64,000 bases of DNA from Candidatus Heimdallarchaeota archaeon (GTDB taxonomy: Archaea; Asgardarchaeota; Heimdallarchaeia; Heimdallarchaeales; Heimdallarchaeaceae), in contig JAEOSZ010000089.1 of NCBI GenBank assembly GCA_016840095.1, positions 1 through 64,000 of the forward strand, written 5' to 3'. The translations under genes were made by a program, and so were the position numbers. The notes beneath the pieces were generated by a model that saw only the letters and a program-made list of their open reading frames with translations, did no database searches and was not told where the DNA came from. Positions 10,541-21,063 of this stretch are shown in pieces (the stretch's first letter is position 1; each line of letters opens with the position of its first letter).

Positions 10541-11202
10541 TTATCAACGTAGCGAGTTCGTTAGATGGAGCAATTGCTTCAGATGAAGGAGCATTAATTT
10601 TATCTACAACAGAGGATTTTGTAAGAGTTCATGATTTAAGAAATTCAGTAGATGCAATATTAGTAGGAGTAAACACAATCATCAAGGATAATCCATTATT
10701 GTCGGTGAGATACGTTCAACCTAAAGAACACGCACCTTTTAGGGTGGTGTTGGATACTCAATGCAGAATTCCTTTGACTTCCAAAGTCCTTCTTGATCAA
10801 GAGAAATTTCCTTCAATCATTGTAACCTCAGAAGAGACTCCAAAAGACATTCAAGATGAAATACGAAACTGTGGATCTAAGGTAATTACAGTAAAAATGG
10901 AGAAAAATAAACGATTTCTTGATTTGGAGGATGTGCTTCGAGAGTTAAAAAACCAATTCAATATTAATAGAGTGCTAGTAGAAGGAGGTTCTACAATAAT
11001 TACTCAGTTCTTAGATAATAAATTAGTAGATATAATGCATATCTTTTATGCACCTGTTTTTGTAGGTGTAAAGAATGCTAAACTTCTATTTGAAAAAGAG
11101 GTAATTCATAATATTGGAAATGCAATTAATTGTGAGATCAGAGGTGTAGAAAAATTACATGAAGGGTATCTTGTTACTCTCAAACTAAAAAAAGATGAAT
11201 AA
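10522..11202 (+). CDS. arfC: 2,5-diamino-6-ribosylamino-4(3H)-pyrimidinone 5'-phosphate reductase (RibD C-terminal family)
   Basis: ASSLDGAI, VHDLRNSVDAILVGVNTIIKDNP, LVEGG; no deaminase domain. Confidence 0.85.
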   Translation: MERPEVIINVASSLDGAIASDEGALILSTTEDFVRVHDLRNSVDAILVGVNTIIKDNPLLSVRYVQPKEHAPFRVVLDTQCRIPLTSKVLLDQEKFPSIIVTSEETPKDIQDEIRNCGSKVITVKMEKNKRFLDLEDVLRELKNQFNINRVLVEGGSTIITQFLDNKLVDIMHIFYAPVFVGVKNAKLLFEKEVIHNIGNAINCEIRGVEKLHEGYLVTLKLKKDE

Positions 11203-12295
11203 AATGAACTCTGAAAATTTTCTAAATTTACTCAATAATGATTCTTCAGAGCTAGTTAGAAAAGCCAAAATTAAGCGTAAAAGGATTCATGGAAAGCAAA
11301 TTACTTTTTCAAGAAACATATTTGTTCCTGTAACGCATCAATGTCGTAATCGTTGTGGGTACTGTAGTTTTGTATCAGATGATCCCAATACTTGGGTTTT
11401 TCCGAATAAATTTGGTGACCTTTTGCTTTTAGCTAAAAACAATAATTGTAAGGAGGTTCTTTTAACACTCGGTGAAAAACCAGAGGAAAAATACCAAACT
11501 GCTAAGGATATTCTTAGGAAAATAGGATTTAATACAACTGTTGAATATATTAATTATTTATGTGAAATAACTTTAGGTCATCATCTCTTACCTCATTCTA
11601 ATCTAGGTGTAGTATCACACACTGAGTTACAAATGTTGAAACAAACAAATGCTAGTTTAGGATTAATGCTGGAAACTAATAGCACTAGACTGATGAATGA
11701 AGGTGAAGCTCATTATTATTCTCCAGGAAAAGATCCATGTTTAAGAATTGAAACCATTGAAAATGCGGGTAAGTTGAAAATACCTTTTACAACAGGAATT
11801 CTTATTGGAATTGGTGAAACTTGGATGGAAAGAATAGAATCTCTTCAAGTTATTGCAGAATTAAGCAAAAAATACAATCACATTCAAGAAGTAATTATTC
11901 AAAATTTTAATCCACAAGAAAAAACTCCGATGTCCAAATATCCACCCCCAACAGAAGAAAATATATTATTTTCAATAGCGCTTGCTAGGCTTATTTTGCC
12001 AGAAGAAGTGAGTATTCAGATACCTCCAAATCTAAATAAAGATAGAATTATAACTGCAATCAACCATGGTGCGAATGATTTAGGGGGAATATCGCCTATT
12101 ACAATCGACTTCATAAATCCTAATTTGATCTGGCAGGAAGAATTGGACTTGAGTAAAGAACTTCACCAATCAAGTTTTTCTCTAATTGAAAGACTTCCTG
12201 TCTATCCTCAATATGAAAAGTATTTAAACATTAGAATGCGCGGAATAGTAGAGGAATTCAAAGACAATGAAAAAATTAGTACCTCCAAAGATTGA
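11195..12295 (+). CDS. cofG: FO synthase subunit CofG
   Basis: TFSRNIFVPVT, CRNRCGYC, LPHSN, LMLE, PFTTGILIGIGE, IQEVIIQNF, QIPPNL, DLGGISP. Confidence 0.93.
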   Translation: MNKMNSENFLNLLNNDSSELVRKAKIKRKRIHGKQITFSRNIFVPVTHQCRNRCGYCSFVSDDPNTWVFPNKFGDLLLLAKNNNCKEVLLTLGEKPEEKYQTAKDILRKIGFNTTVEYINYLCEITLGHHLLPHSNLGVVSHTELQMLKQTNASLGLMLETNSTRLMNEGEAHYYSPGKDPCLRIETIENAGKLKIPFTTGILIGIGETWMERIESLQVIAELSKKYNHIQEVIIQNFNPQEKTPMSKYPPPTEENILFSIALARLILPEEVSIQIPPNLNKDRIITAINHGANDLGGISPITIDFINPNLIWQEELDLSKELHQSSFSLIERLPVYPQYEKYLNIRMRGIVEEFKDNEKISTSKD

Positions 12296-13391
12296 TAATG
12301 TATGTGATTTATCTTCCTTCAGAGAAACACATCGAGAGGAAATTACAGATCTTTCTCAATTACTAAAGAAAAGAGGTAAAGAACTTTGGATTCAGACTTC
12401 ACTTGCAGATGAATTGCGTTTTCAGCAAGTTGGTGACAATGTTTCTTTTGTTGTCAATCAAAATATTAATTTTACTAGACATTGTTTGGGGTCCTGTAGG
12501 TTTTGTTCTTACAGTTTGAGAGAGGAAGTAGAAGATAATAGTATTACTAGAATGTCTCTAGAGGATATCAAAATAGAAACAGAAACAGCTGTTGCTCGTG
12601 GCTGTACAGAGATATGTATTCAAGGGGGATTAGATTCTGAATTAGATTATGAATATTATATTGATCTCCTTAATACGATTAAATCAGTTTCATCTAATAT
12701 CCATATTCATGGTTTTTCACCATCTGAAATTGCATATTTATCTCAAATATCAGAAGAAACTGTTGAAGATGTGTTTAAAGATTTAATTGATCATGGACTT
12801 GACTCTTTTCCAGGTACTGCAGCTGAAATTCTTGTTGATGATATAAGAAGAATAATTTGCCCAGATAAAATCTCTACTGAACAGTGGGTAAATGTTGTGT
12901 TGACAGGGCATTCATTAGGATTAAAATCAACTTCTACAATGATGTATGGGCACATAGAATCAATAGAAGATGAAGCAGAACATCTGACAATTTTGAAGTA
13001 TATACAATCAATTTCTGGAGGATTTACAGAGTTTGTTCCTCTCCCATTTATACACGCAAATACCGTCTTGTACAAATATCTAGGAGCTAGACCAAGCAGT
13101 ACAGGAATGCATGATTTAGCTTTATACAGTACGGCTAGATTGTTCTTGGGTGATTCAATCCCCAATATTCAAGTTTCATGGGTGAAATTAGGTCCAAAAT
13201 TTTCTCAAGTTATTCTTGGTTCAGGTGTAAATGATTTAGGTGGAACAATTTTCAATGAGAAAATTACAAAAAGTGCTGGTGGGACTTTTGGTGAAGAAAA
13301 AAGCATTGAAGAATTTATAGAACTAATTAGGGATGCTAATAGAAAACCTGTTCAACGAGATACATTGTATAACATTATAAAGAGTCATTAA
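12267..13391 (+). CDS. cofH: FO synthase subunit CofH
   Basis: NINFT, CLGSCRFC, EICIQGG, PGTAAEIL, STMMYGH, GFTEFVPLPF, NIQVSWVKLG. Confidence 0.93.
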   Translation: MKKLVPPKIDNVCDLSSFRETHREEITDLSQLLKKRGKELWIQTSLADELRFQQVGDNVSFVVNQNINFTRHCLGSCRFCSYSLREEVEDNSITRMSLEDIKIETETAVARGCTEICIQGGLDSELDYEYYIDLLNTIKSVSSNIHIHGFSPSEIAYLSQISEETVEDVFKDLIDHGLDSFPGTAAEILVDDIRRIICPDKISTEQWVNVVLTGHSLGLKSTSTMMYGHIESIEDEAEHLTILKYIQSISGGFTEFVPLPFIHANTVLYKYLGARPSSTGMHDLALYSTARLFLGDSIPNIQVSWVKLGPKFSQVILGSGVNDLGGTIFNEKITKSAGGTFGEEKSIEEFIELIRDANRKPVQRDTLYNIIKSH

Positions 13392-13442
13392 GAATAAGCC
13401 AAGTTTTAAATTATATATTGACAAGTTAACTTATAGTTATAC

Positions 13443-14288
13443 ATGAATTCTAAGAAACAATCTTCTCCAGAAATTTGGAAAGCTCTCTCCAATCAAATAA
13501 GAAGAGATTTGTTGTGCTTTATTGGAGAAAGGAAGATTGTTACTTTTACAGAGATTCAAGATCGCTTTCAGATGAAAGTGGGCACACTATATCATCATTT
13601 AGATACATTGGGAAGTTTGATCGCACAAGATTCTACTAAACGTTATTTTTTAACAGAAAAAGGAAAACGATCTTATGCATTGATTGAGGACGAGTTAGAT
13701 GTTTCAGCTCCTAGTCAAATAGCTTATGGAAAGTTTGCGTTTTTACATGTTGTTTTTCTACGACCTATATTTAGATTCATTAAGAGTGACTCAATTAGGT
13801 CTCTAGGTTTTACTCTTCTTATATACATAAGCTTGCTTGTTACAACTTATTTCATATCAGCTGTTCCAATATTTCTGTTCCCTTCATTCATTGAACCGAA
13901 TTTTGTTGCACCTTTTGTATTTATGATTTCTACAGCAGTAACCTACCTAATTTGTGAGTTTTTGCTTTCAATTTTGTTTAGAAAAACTACAGATAAGTTG
14001 GCATTGGTTCAAGGTGTGATAATTATACAAATTCCTTTGATTTTACTTGCAGTGATTCAATCTCTTGTTTTTGAAATCACATTTCCAACCTCTCTCTTTG
14101 AGTTGGATGTTTGGTTTATCATTCTTATCTTCATAGTACAGCTGATTTTTGTTGCTTTGCTCTTAGAATCGATAGTAGTAATTAAAGAAATTAGATTTGA
14201 AAAAGCAGGTGTAACTGCTCTCTTTGTGGTTTTCATTGTTAACGCCTTATCATTCATTATTATGAACTTGCTGGAGGTATCTATATGA
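13443..14288 (+). CDS. ArsR-like winged-helix regulator fused to a multi-TM domain
   Basis: KALSNQIRRDLL...GTLYHHL...YFLTEKG followed by ~5 hydrophobic helices. Confidence 0.75.
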   Translation: MNSKKQSSPEIWKALSNQIRRDLLCFIGERKIVTFTEIQDRFQMKVGTLYHHLDTLGSLIAQDSTKRYFLTEKGKRSYALIEDELDVSAPSQIAYGKFAFLHVVFLRPIFRFIKSDSIRSLGFTLLIYISLLVTTYFISAVPIFLFPSFIEPNFVAPFVFMISTAVTYLICEFLLSILFRKTTDKLALVQGVIIIQIPLILLAVIQSLVFEITFPTSLFELDVWFIILIFIVQLIFVALLLESIVVIKEIRFEKAGVTALFVVFIVNALSFIIMNLLEVSI

Positions 14289-14385
14289 CAAAGTTCGAGA
14301 AAATTAGAACTGAAGACTTTAAACTTTATAGAAATAAATGCTTATCAAGATATGTGTACATAAAATTATATGAGGGGAATGTCTT

Positions 14386-17300
14386 ATGAGCGCCAAAAAC
14401 CTCCAACATCTTAAGAATAGAATAGCCCCACCATTTCAGAAAATTCTTGTGGTGCTCATTCTTTTCCTCTCTTCCATAGTATCAACACCTATTCTTGTTG
14501 GTGGTTTTTCCTCTAATACTTCATCAGTTAACGCTGCTTCATCTAAGGTAGATGGAACTCTAATTCTGCTTCAAGAAAAAATGGATGTTTTTGCAGGAAA
14601 AGATGATTCCATTATTACTTCTTTGGAACTGAATGGGGGTCTGGTTAGAACTCCAATAGATCTTTCAAGATCTGAGCTTTCATATGTTAGTCAGATTGAA
14701 TGTGTTATTGCAAATCAATCTGCATTTTCTACAGTTTGGACTAATCCTCTATGGAAATATCCTGATGGTCTAGTATTAAAAATCACTTTGAGAACACAAG
14801 ATTATGAGAGAGTTAGACAGATTTATCAATTTCTTAATAACGTAGTTTTACAGTTTTATAACGTAAGTTTGGGTATATTCAATATCAATCATCCAAATCT
14901 TATTGAAACTGTTTTGTATATGGTTTCGCCAATTACTTACTCCCAAGCTCTCATTATATTTGATGACGTATTCAAAGTAGATTATGATGAAGAAAATGGC
15001 AATTCTGTAGGTTTAATAGAAAGTATGCTTAAAGATTCTCCTGCAGTTTATGCATTTGGTTTTTCAATGGTTAAAAGACTTGGAGTAATTACTAAAATAA
15101 CAAGAAGTGTAGTTGTTGCTCAAGAAAACAAAATCCAAGTTGTAGGAAATCAGAGATTATTCAACTTAAGTTTCATATTAAATTCTCCCTTAAAACCTAA
15201 GGCAAACGCAATAATATCCAAATTTTCCTTCTCCTTACCATTTATGGCCAATATAACAAGTGTGTCTCCTCAACCAGATAATATAGGAAGTTCTTTTACA
15301 GGATCCTTTGAATGGGTCTTAAAACACCTCACTACAACAATTTATGATTCTTTTGATACAGAAATAATATATCGCCCTTTCACTTTTGATGAATTTGTCT
15401 TTCCAAGAGTATCGGTAGCTGCATCATATTCCGACTTCTTACTTGAAAATAATGGAATTTTGAACATGACTTATAATGTAACGAATACTGGAACTGATAA
15501 AGCTTACAATACTTCAATAATTTTTCCAATTCCAGAGGAAGTAGAACTAATTATCAGCGAAGGATTAGAAATTCCAGTTTTAAAAGATGATTTAATAATT
15601 GATGAGGTATTGAATTCTGAAATAACTCTCAATATCCACTTCTTTAGTTATAGTATTGAGATGTTGATTCTTGATATTCAAGGATGGTATGAGAATACCA
15701 CTACATTATCTCTTGAAAGATGGTTAGATAATGCAACGATAGAACTTGATGAATATGTTAGTATTGAAACTACAAACGGAATTTCTGAGGATTTGTACAA
15801 TGCCATCATAGGAAGAATCATACCTCTATTAGATATATATGACATCCAAGAGATAGCAATGAATTTCCTTTACTATGAACCAATTATAACTGAACAACTA
15901 CAATATGCAATTCAAGATGCTTACAATATTGTGTTCAATGAATTCTATGAAAATAAAACAATCTTCCAGTTCAGTTCACCTAATTTCCACTATACTACAA
16001 ATATCTTCAGAGGATACATAGAATGCTTAATACCTGAACTTGAAGTAAATGAGACTCAAGAAGTATATTGGTCTATTACTGATATACCAACCTCAGCTGA
16101 TAGATTTGGTGTCTTTTCAATCTTACTTCCAAATGGCGTTCAGGATTATGCTAGTTTCAGAACAGTTGAAAGTGATTATAAGACTCTACTACTTTCAATT
16201 TTTATTGGATTAAATAGTGCAGGAAGATTCCTGAGTATATATGAGACAATAACAGATTCCTTTATTTCGATTGGAAGTCGATATCAGTATTTTGATTCAC
16301 ATGGCAGGGACTATTATGGTTTAACCAATGGTCTGAATCTGCAATTTGGGGATGATGAAGCAGTTCTTGAAAGTATTCTGAATACCAACAGAACTACATA
16401 TAGGGTAGGGGAGAACATACAATTTACGCTTGATATTAATAATCTAGGAACAATAGGTGCATATGAAATTCATATAGATATTGTTAACCTGAAATTGAAT
16501 TATTTATGGTTACCTACTAATGTTCTTGTAGTGAAGTCATTCGACATTGATACAATTTCCGCTGGTGAATCCATTAATCAAGAATTTTCAATAGAAGCAA
16601 ACAGCTATATCGGATTAAACACTTACGTAGCTATAATCAGTTTTGTATCTGATTTCAATCAACCTGCTGAGGAAATTTATATCCCTTGGATTGACACAGC
16701 TGTTCCCTGGATATATAGTGGTGAAACCACAAACATAATTACTTCAACTTTAACCTTTGGTATTCTTTTTCCACCGATTTCATTGGAAAATGTTTTCAGA
16801 CCCAGTTTTCCTGTTCCAGAGATTGAAGCTTCTTCAGATTACTCAGTAGATGAAAGTACTAGATCTATGTATGTTAGATATGAAATTGAAAATGAAGGTC
16901 TTTCAGCTACAGATGTAGAAATTATGCAAGTTATTGATATGGGATCTGCAACAATATATGAAATAAACTGTTCCCTAGTTCCAGAAACTGGAGATGAGCA
17001 AGTTCTTGCACCCATAATTACATCTAAAGAAGATTTTTATCTGATAGACTATGCCAGTACGACTCTCCAGCCTGGAGATAAGATAGTTATTGAAATTAGG
17101 TTTTCAGATCTTGCTGAAGATTTTATCATTCCACCAATACTAATAAATTACAACTCTATTTATGAGATTCATGCGACTGATTTTCAATCTTCAGAAGATG
17201 TGTACGGAATTGAGACAATAAATTTAACAAGTTTTTCAGTAAGGAATTCTCCTTCCAATGTAAGCGAAAGTGAACAAACTGATTTTCTATGGTTTTCATT

Positions 17301-17451
17301 CTCTTCAGTCATTAAGATTAACTTACCAATTTCAGAAAAATTTGATAGAGTTCTATTCTCATCACTTCCATGGACTTATACCATTATAAGTACTGGAATA
17401 TTATCAGGAGTTATTGTTATAGTTATCATTGTCTCACGTTTGAGAAAATAA
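14386..17451 (+). CDS. Large membrane-anchored surface glycoprotein (S-layer/CARDB-like beta domains)
   Basis: Signal-like N-terminus, YNVTNTG and INNLG Ig-like strands, many NxS/T sequons, C-terminal TM plus RLRK. Confidence 0.65.
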   Translation: MSAKNLQHLKNRIAPPFQKILVVLILFLSSIVSTPILVGGFSSNTSSVNAASSKVDGTLILLQEKMDVFAGKDDSIITSLELNGGLVRTPIDLSRSELSYVSQIECVIANQSAFSTVWTNPLWKYPDGLVLKITLRTQDYERVRQIYQFLNNVVLQFYNVSLGIFNINHPNLIETVLYMVSPITYSQALIIFDDVFKVDYDEENGNSVGLIESMLKDSPAVYAFGFSMVKRLGVITKITRSVVVAQENKIQVVGNQRLFNLSFILNSPLKPKANAIISKFSFSLPFMANITSVSPQPDNIGSSFTGSFEWVLKHLTTTIYDSFDTEIIYRPFTFDEFVFPRVSVAASYSDFLLENNGILNMTYNVTNTGTDKAYNTSIIFPIPEEVELIISEGLEIPVLKDDLIIDEVLNSEITLNIHFFSYSIEMLILDIQGWYENTTTLSLERWLDNATIELDEYVSIETTNGISEDLYNAIIGRIIPLLDIYDIQEIAMNFLYYEPIITEQLQYAIQDAYNIVFNEFYENKTIFQFSSPNFHYTTNIFRGYIECLIPELEVNETQEVYWSITDIPTSADRFGVFSILLPNGVQDYASFRTVESDYKTLLLSIFIGLNSAGRFLSIYETITDSFISIGSRYQYFDSHGRDYYGLTNGLNLQFGDDEAVLESILNTNRTTYRVGENIQFTLDINNLGTIGAYEIHIDIVNLKLNYLWLPTNVLVVKSFDIDTISAGESINQEFSIEANSYIGLNTYVAIISFVSDFNQPAEEIYIPWIDTAVPWIYSGETTNIITSTLTFGILFPPISLENVFRPSFPVPEIEASSDYSVDESTRSMYVRYEIENEGLSATDVEIMQVIDMGSATIYEINCSLVPETGDEQVLAPIITSKEDFYLIDYASTTLQPGDKIVIEIRFSDLAEDFIIPPILINYNSIYEIHATDFQSSEDVYGIETINLTSFSVRNSPSNVSESEQTDFLWFSFSSVIKINLPISEKFDRVLFSSLPWTYTIISTGILSGVIVIVIIVSRLRK

Positions 17452-17488
17452 TCATTATTTAGTTAGATTGTACAAAAATGATAGGAAA

Positions 17489-17746
17489 TTATCTCATATC
17501 GAAATCTTCTGTGGTGAAGCTTTTTAGAAAAGCCATTATTTCTTCTTGCATATCTGAGCTTTTCTTGAAACTCATTGTTTGAGCGTAAAACATTGCGAAC
17601 AGATCACCCAATAAGCACAAAGTACACAAGTCTGTTGTAAGCTCTTCTGCAGGATATCTACATGGAAAATTCACTGGTTGTACCTGTCCTTCAGGATTTC
17701 TTCCACTAATCCCTTGCTTCCATTTACATGTTCTCTGAGAAGCCAT
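17489..17746 (-). CDS. Small Cys-containing hypothetical protein
   Basis: 85-aa ORF with C...C...CxxC; AAGGT RBS-like sequence upstream. Confidence 0.6.
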   Translation of the reverse strand: MASQRTCKWKQGISGRNPEGQVQPVNFPCRYPAEELTTDLCTLCLLGDLFAMFYAQTMSFKKSSDMQEEIMAFLKSFTTEDFDMR

Positions 17747-17880
17747 ATTTCTTACCTTGAGCCGATAAAAAAATAACTTATTTTAAATCTATCCATTAAT
17801 ATCTTAAAGAATATTAAAACGAAATTTACTATGCAACTTTATTAATCATAAACATGATAACATCTACAAGAGGTAAATCA

Positions 17881-20427
17881 ATGAAGTGTCCTGACTGCAA
17901 AAAGGATTTGAATGTGATAAAAAAATCAAGTTCATTTCTGTTTCAATGTAATTTTTGTGGTCTAAAAGAGACAATGTTTACTGCAGATAAAACTGAGGCT
18001 TACGATCAATTGGTCGTTTCTAAACAATCTCGACGTGATCTGGCAAAGCAACTAAAAACGAAGAAAGAAGAAACTCCTTTTCCCGTACCTCGAAAAAGTA
18101 TAGAGGAGAAGAAAAAGTTAATTGAAAAAGGTGGATACAGTAGTGAAACCATTCCTTCTGCAATTAAGAACATAATTAACAATCCTGATATAGAACTCAT
18201 CTATTATAATTACTTAGAGCAGAAATTTCCAAATCAAAGCTCAAAAAAGACTGAATTTCCAGAAAAATTGAGTGCATTTTTGGATAAAAACAACATGTCT
18301 TCTTTATATGAATTTCAACAGAAATCCTTTGAATTAATTGATGAAGGAAGGGATATTGTCATAGTTGCTCCAACAGGAACAGGGAAAACAGAAGCATTCA
18401 TTCTACCTGTTTTAACTCAAATATGGAAAGAGGCTCCTCATCCTCTTCAAAGAAGAGGATTATCAGCGATTATAATTTATCCAACAAAAGCTCTTGCTAA
18501 GGATCAAGAGAAAAAAATTAAGAAATATGGTAACCCTCTTGGAATAACCTGTGAGGTTTATGATGGGGATACTCCAAAAACTAAGAGAGATAAAATTCTA
18601 GATTCTCCTCCTGACATTCTAATTACTAATCCCGATATGTTGCATTTTCACTTGAGGAATCTAACTTTTGTTTCTATTTTACATAGTCTTAAATTCATCA
18701 TCATAGATGAAATTCATGTCGCTACAGGAGCTTTTGGTTCAAATCTCTATTTTATCTTAAAACGATTACAAAGGTTAGTAAAAAATAAAATTCAGTTTAT
18801 AGGGTCTTCTGCAACAATCGGGAATGCTGTTGACTTTTCTTCGCAACTATTTGATAGGAAAGTGAAAGCAGTAGTAGTTAAAGAAGCAAGAAAAGCACCT
18901 ACTCATTTAATGATAACCATTCCTTGGAATGTTAGTCAGTATACTATTACGTCAGAGATAACAAGACAATTAGTAAACTCTGGCCATAAGACTCTATGTT
19001 TTCAAAATAGTCATAAAAACGCCGAAATTGTTAATCTGCTTCTGAAATCGGCCAAGATTCGATCTTCTGTGCACCGGGCTGGATTAACCAGACAATATAG
19101 AAATAGAGTCGAGCAACAATTTAGAAACGGGGAATTAGATTCTTTAGTATCTACTCCAACTTTAGAATTAGGAATAGATATTGGTGATGTTGATGGGGTT
19201 GTTTCTTCTATAGTTAATGTTACTAGCTTCATACAGAGATTAGGAAGAGCAGGTAGAAAAGGACAAGAATCAATAGGTTCTCTTATACTGAGAAATGATG
19301 ATCCTATAAGTACCTTCTATTCTGTTTATCCTGATACCTATTTTTCAGATATTAGACAAGGTTATGTCGAACCAAAAAATGAAATAGTGTCTTATTATCA
19401 GCTTTTATCAGCTATTGTTGAGAAACCCATAGAACAGGAAGAGTTTACTGAACATCACAAGATATTACAACAACTGATAGATGAAGAAAAGATTCGCAAA
19501 ACAACATCTGGAGAGTATAGGGTTAAATCTAGAACAGAAATTATAAAGTTAATACGAGCATATTCAATACGAGGAATTGGAGATACATTAATACTAAAGG
19601 ATAAGCTAGGAAAAAGATTGGGAGAAAGATCTATGCCAATGGCTGCAAGGGAGTTGCATCCTGGAGCAATATATCTGCATGGAGGGAAACACTTCAGATC
19701 TATGGCATTCAAATATAGTGATCGGTATGGAGGAGGAGAAATAGTTTTAGAACCAATACAACCAATAAATCAAAAAACTACCGCAAATCGATATGCGATT
19801 CCTTCAATACTGGATGTGATTGAAAGAAAGAAAGTTCTTGGAACTGAAGTAATCTACTGTGATTTACTAATAACTGAATATGTTACCGGATATAATGTAA
19901 ATGATATTTTTACAAATAAACTTCTTGAAACTAAGATATTTGATGAACCGATAGTATACTCTTTCCAAACAAAAGGTTTTATGTTTACTATGCCAAGACC
20001 TATAGAACTTCTAAGTACTTTTGCTAACTTACCTGAAGAAATACTACTTAATGGAACTTTCCATGCAGTAGAGCATGTGGTTATTGAATCTAGTTCAATG
20101 TTGACTGGAGGAGGGAGTTCAGAGATTGGAGGTATATCCATGGGTAAATCTGGGGCAATTTTTGTTTATGATGGTGCTAAAGGAGGAAGTGGTTTATCAA
20201 AACTCTTGTATGATAAGCTAGAAGAGGGAATAAATCGTTCCTTGAAAATTCTTGAGAACTGTCCATGCAAATCTTCAGATGGATGTCCAAGATGTACATA
20301 TTCATACCAATGTGGAAACAATAATCAACCATTGAACAAGATAGGAGCTATAGAATCAATTAAGCTTTTAAGCGAATCAGATCTACAAATAGTAGACAAT
20401 TATGCTGAGTACGAAGCATATGTTTAG
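17881..20427 (+). CDS. SF2 helicase with C-terminal DUF1998 (Hrq1/MrfA/SftH-like) and N-terminal Zn ribbon
   Basis: APTGTGKT, YPTKALA, TNPDMLH, DEIH, SAT, LELGIDIG, QRLGRAGR; C-terminal CPC...GCPRC. Confidence 0.92.
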   Translation: MKCPDCKKDLNVIKKSSSFLFQCNFCGLKETMFTADKTEAYDQLVVSKQSRRDLAKQLKTKKEETPFPVPRKSIEEKKKLIEKGGYSSETIPSAIKNIINNPDIELIYYNYLEQKFPNQSSKKTEFPEKLSAFLDKNNMSSLYEFQQKSFELIDEGRDIVIVAPTGTGKTEAFILPVLTQIWKEAPHPLQRRGLSAIIIYPTKALAKDQEKKIKKYGNPLGITCEVYDGDTPKTKRDKILDSPPDILITNPDMLHFHLRNLTFVSILHSLKFIIIDEIHVATGAFGSNLYFILKRLQRLVKNKIQFIGSSATIGNAVDFSSQLFDRKVKAVVVKEARKAPTHLMITIPWNVSQYTITSEITRQLVNSGHKTLCFQNSHKNAEIVNLLLKSAKIRSSVHRAGLTRQYRNRVEQQFRNGELDSLVSTPTLELGIDIGDVDGVVSSIVNVTSFIQRLGRAGRKGQESIGSLILRNDDPISTFYSVYPDTYFSDIRQGYVEPKNEIVSYYQLLSAIVEKPIEQEEFTEHHKILQQLIDEEKIRKTTSGEYRVKSRTEIIKLIRAYSIRGIGDTLILKDKLGKRLGERSMPMAARELHPGAIYLHGGKHFRSMAFKYSDRYGGGEIVLEPIQPINQKTTANRYAIPSILDVIERKKVLGTEVIYCDLLITEYVTGYNVNDIFTNKLLETKIFDEPIVYSFQTKGFMFTMPRPIELLSTFANLPEEILLNGTFHAVEHVVIESSSMLTGGGSSEIGGISMGKSGAIFVYDGAKGGSGLSKLLYDKLEEGINRSLKILENCPCKSSDGCPRCTYSYQCGNNNQPLNKIGAIESIKLLSESDLQIVDNYAEYEAYV

Positions 20428-20517
20428 CTAGTTTTTAGCTTAGAAAATAGGTATCTTCTGGTGACGCTGTAATACTGGGGATATGTTTACAATCATATCT
20501 CTGTCTCATGTTCTTTT

Positions 20518-20964
20518 ATGTTATATTTAAACCATTTATTTTCAACAATGACATTTGAAGTTGACAATACTGAGGAATTTATTGATATAGCTTTAAATTG
20601 TATCTTTCCGTCTACTGAAGAAATTGATCCCTCAATTCTCAAAGAAATAACTCATTTTCTGGAAGAAAATGAAAATAGGATTGAGCCAGAAGATGCTGAG
20701 ATTGTACGAGGTGAAATTAGGAAAGCACTAATTCACTTCAAGAATCGTCCATATCTCTATAATACTAGGAAGAAAATGGAGAAACTTTTGAAAGTAAATA
20801 ACAATTGGAAGAGATTCTTGATATCTCCAAAAACACTTACTTCTGAATTAATAGATGCAGGTCTGAATAACGAAGAGATAAATCTTCTGAGAATGTCATT
20901 AAAAACAGCAGAAAAATCTTATTCAATGATGAAATCCATTCCTTGTCCTCAACAGCCTTCTTAA
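20518..20964 (+). CDS. Hypothetical protein
   Basis: 148-aa ORF filling the intergenic gap; start uncertain. Confidence 0.55.
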   Translation: MLYLNHLFSTMTFEVDNTEEFIDIALNCIFPSTEEIDPSILKEITHFLEENENRIEPEDAEIVRGEIRKALIHFKNRPYLYNTRKKMEKLLKVNNNWKRFLISPKTLTSELIDAGLNNEEINLLRMSLKTAEKSYSMMKSIPCPQQPS

Positions 20965-21063
20965 TGAGGAGTACAAGCAAGTTTTAATACTTTATTTCAG
21001 AGTTCATTATGGTTTGTATATTCTAGCTATTGCTTGATGTTCAGAACATTGTGGGGTAATTGA

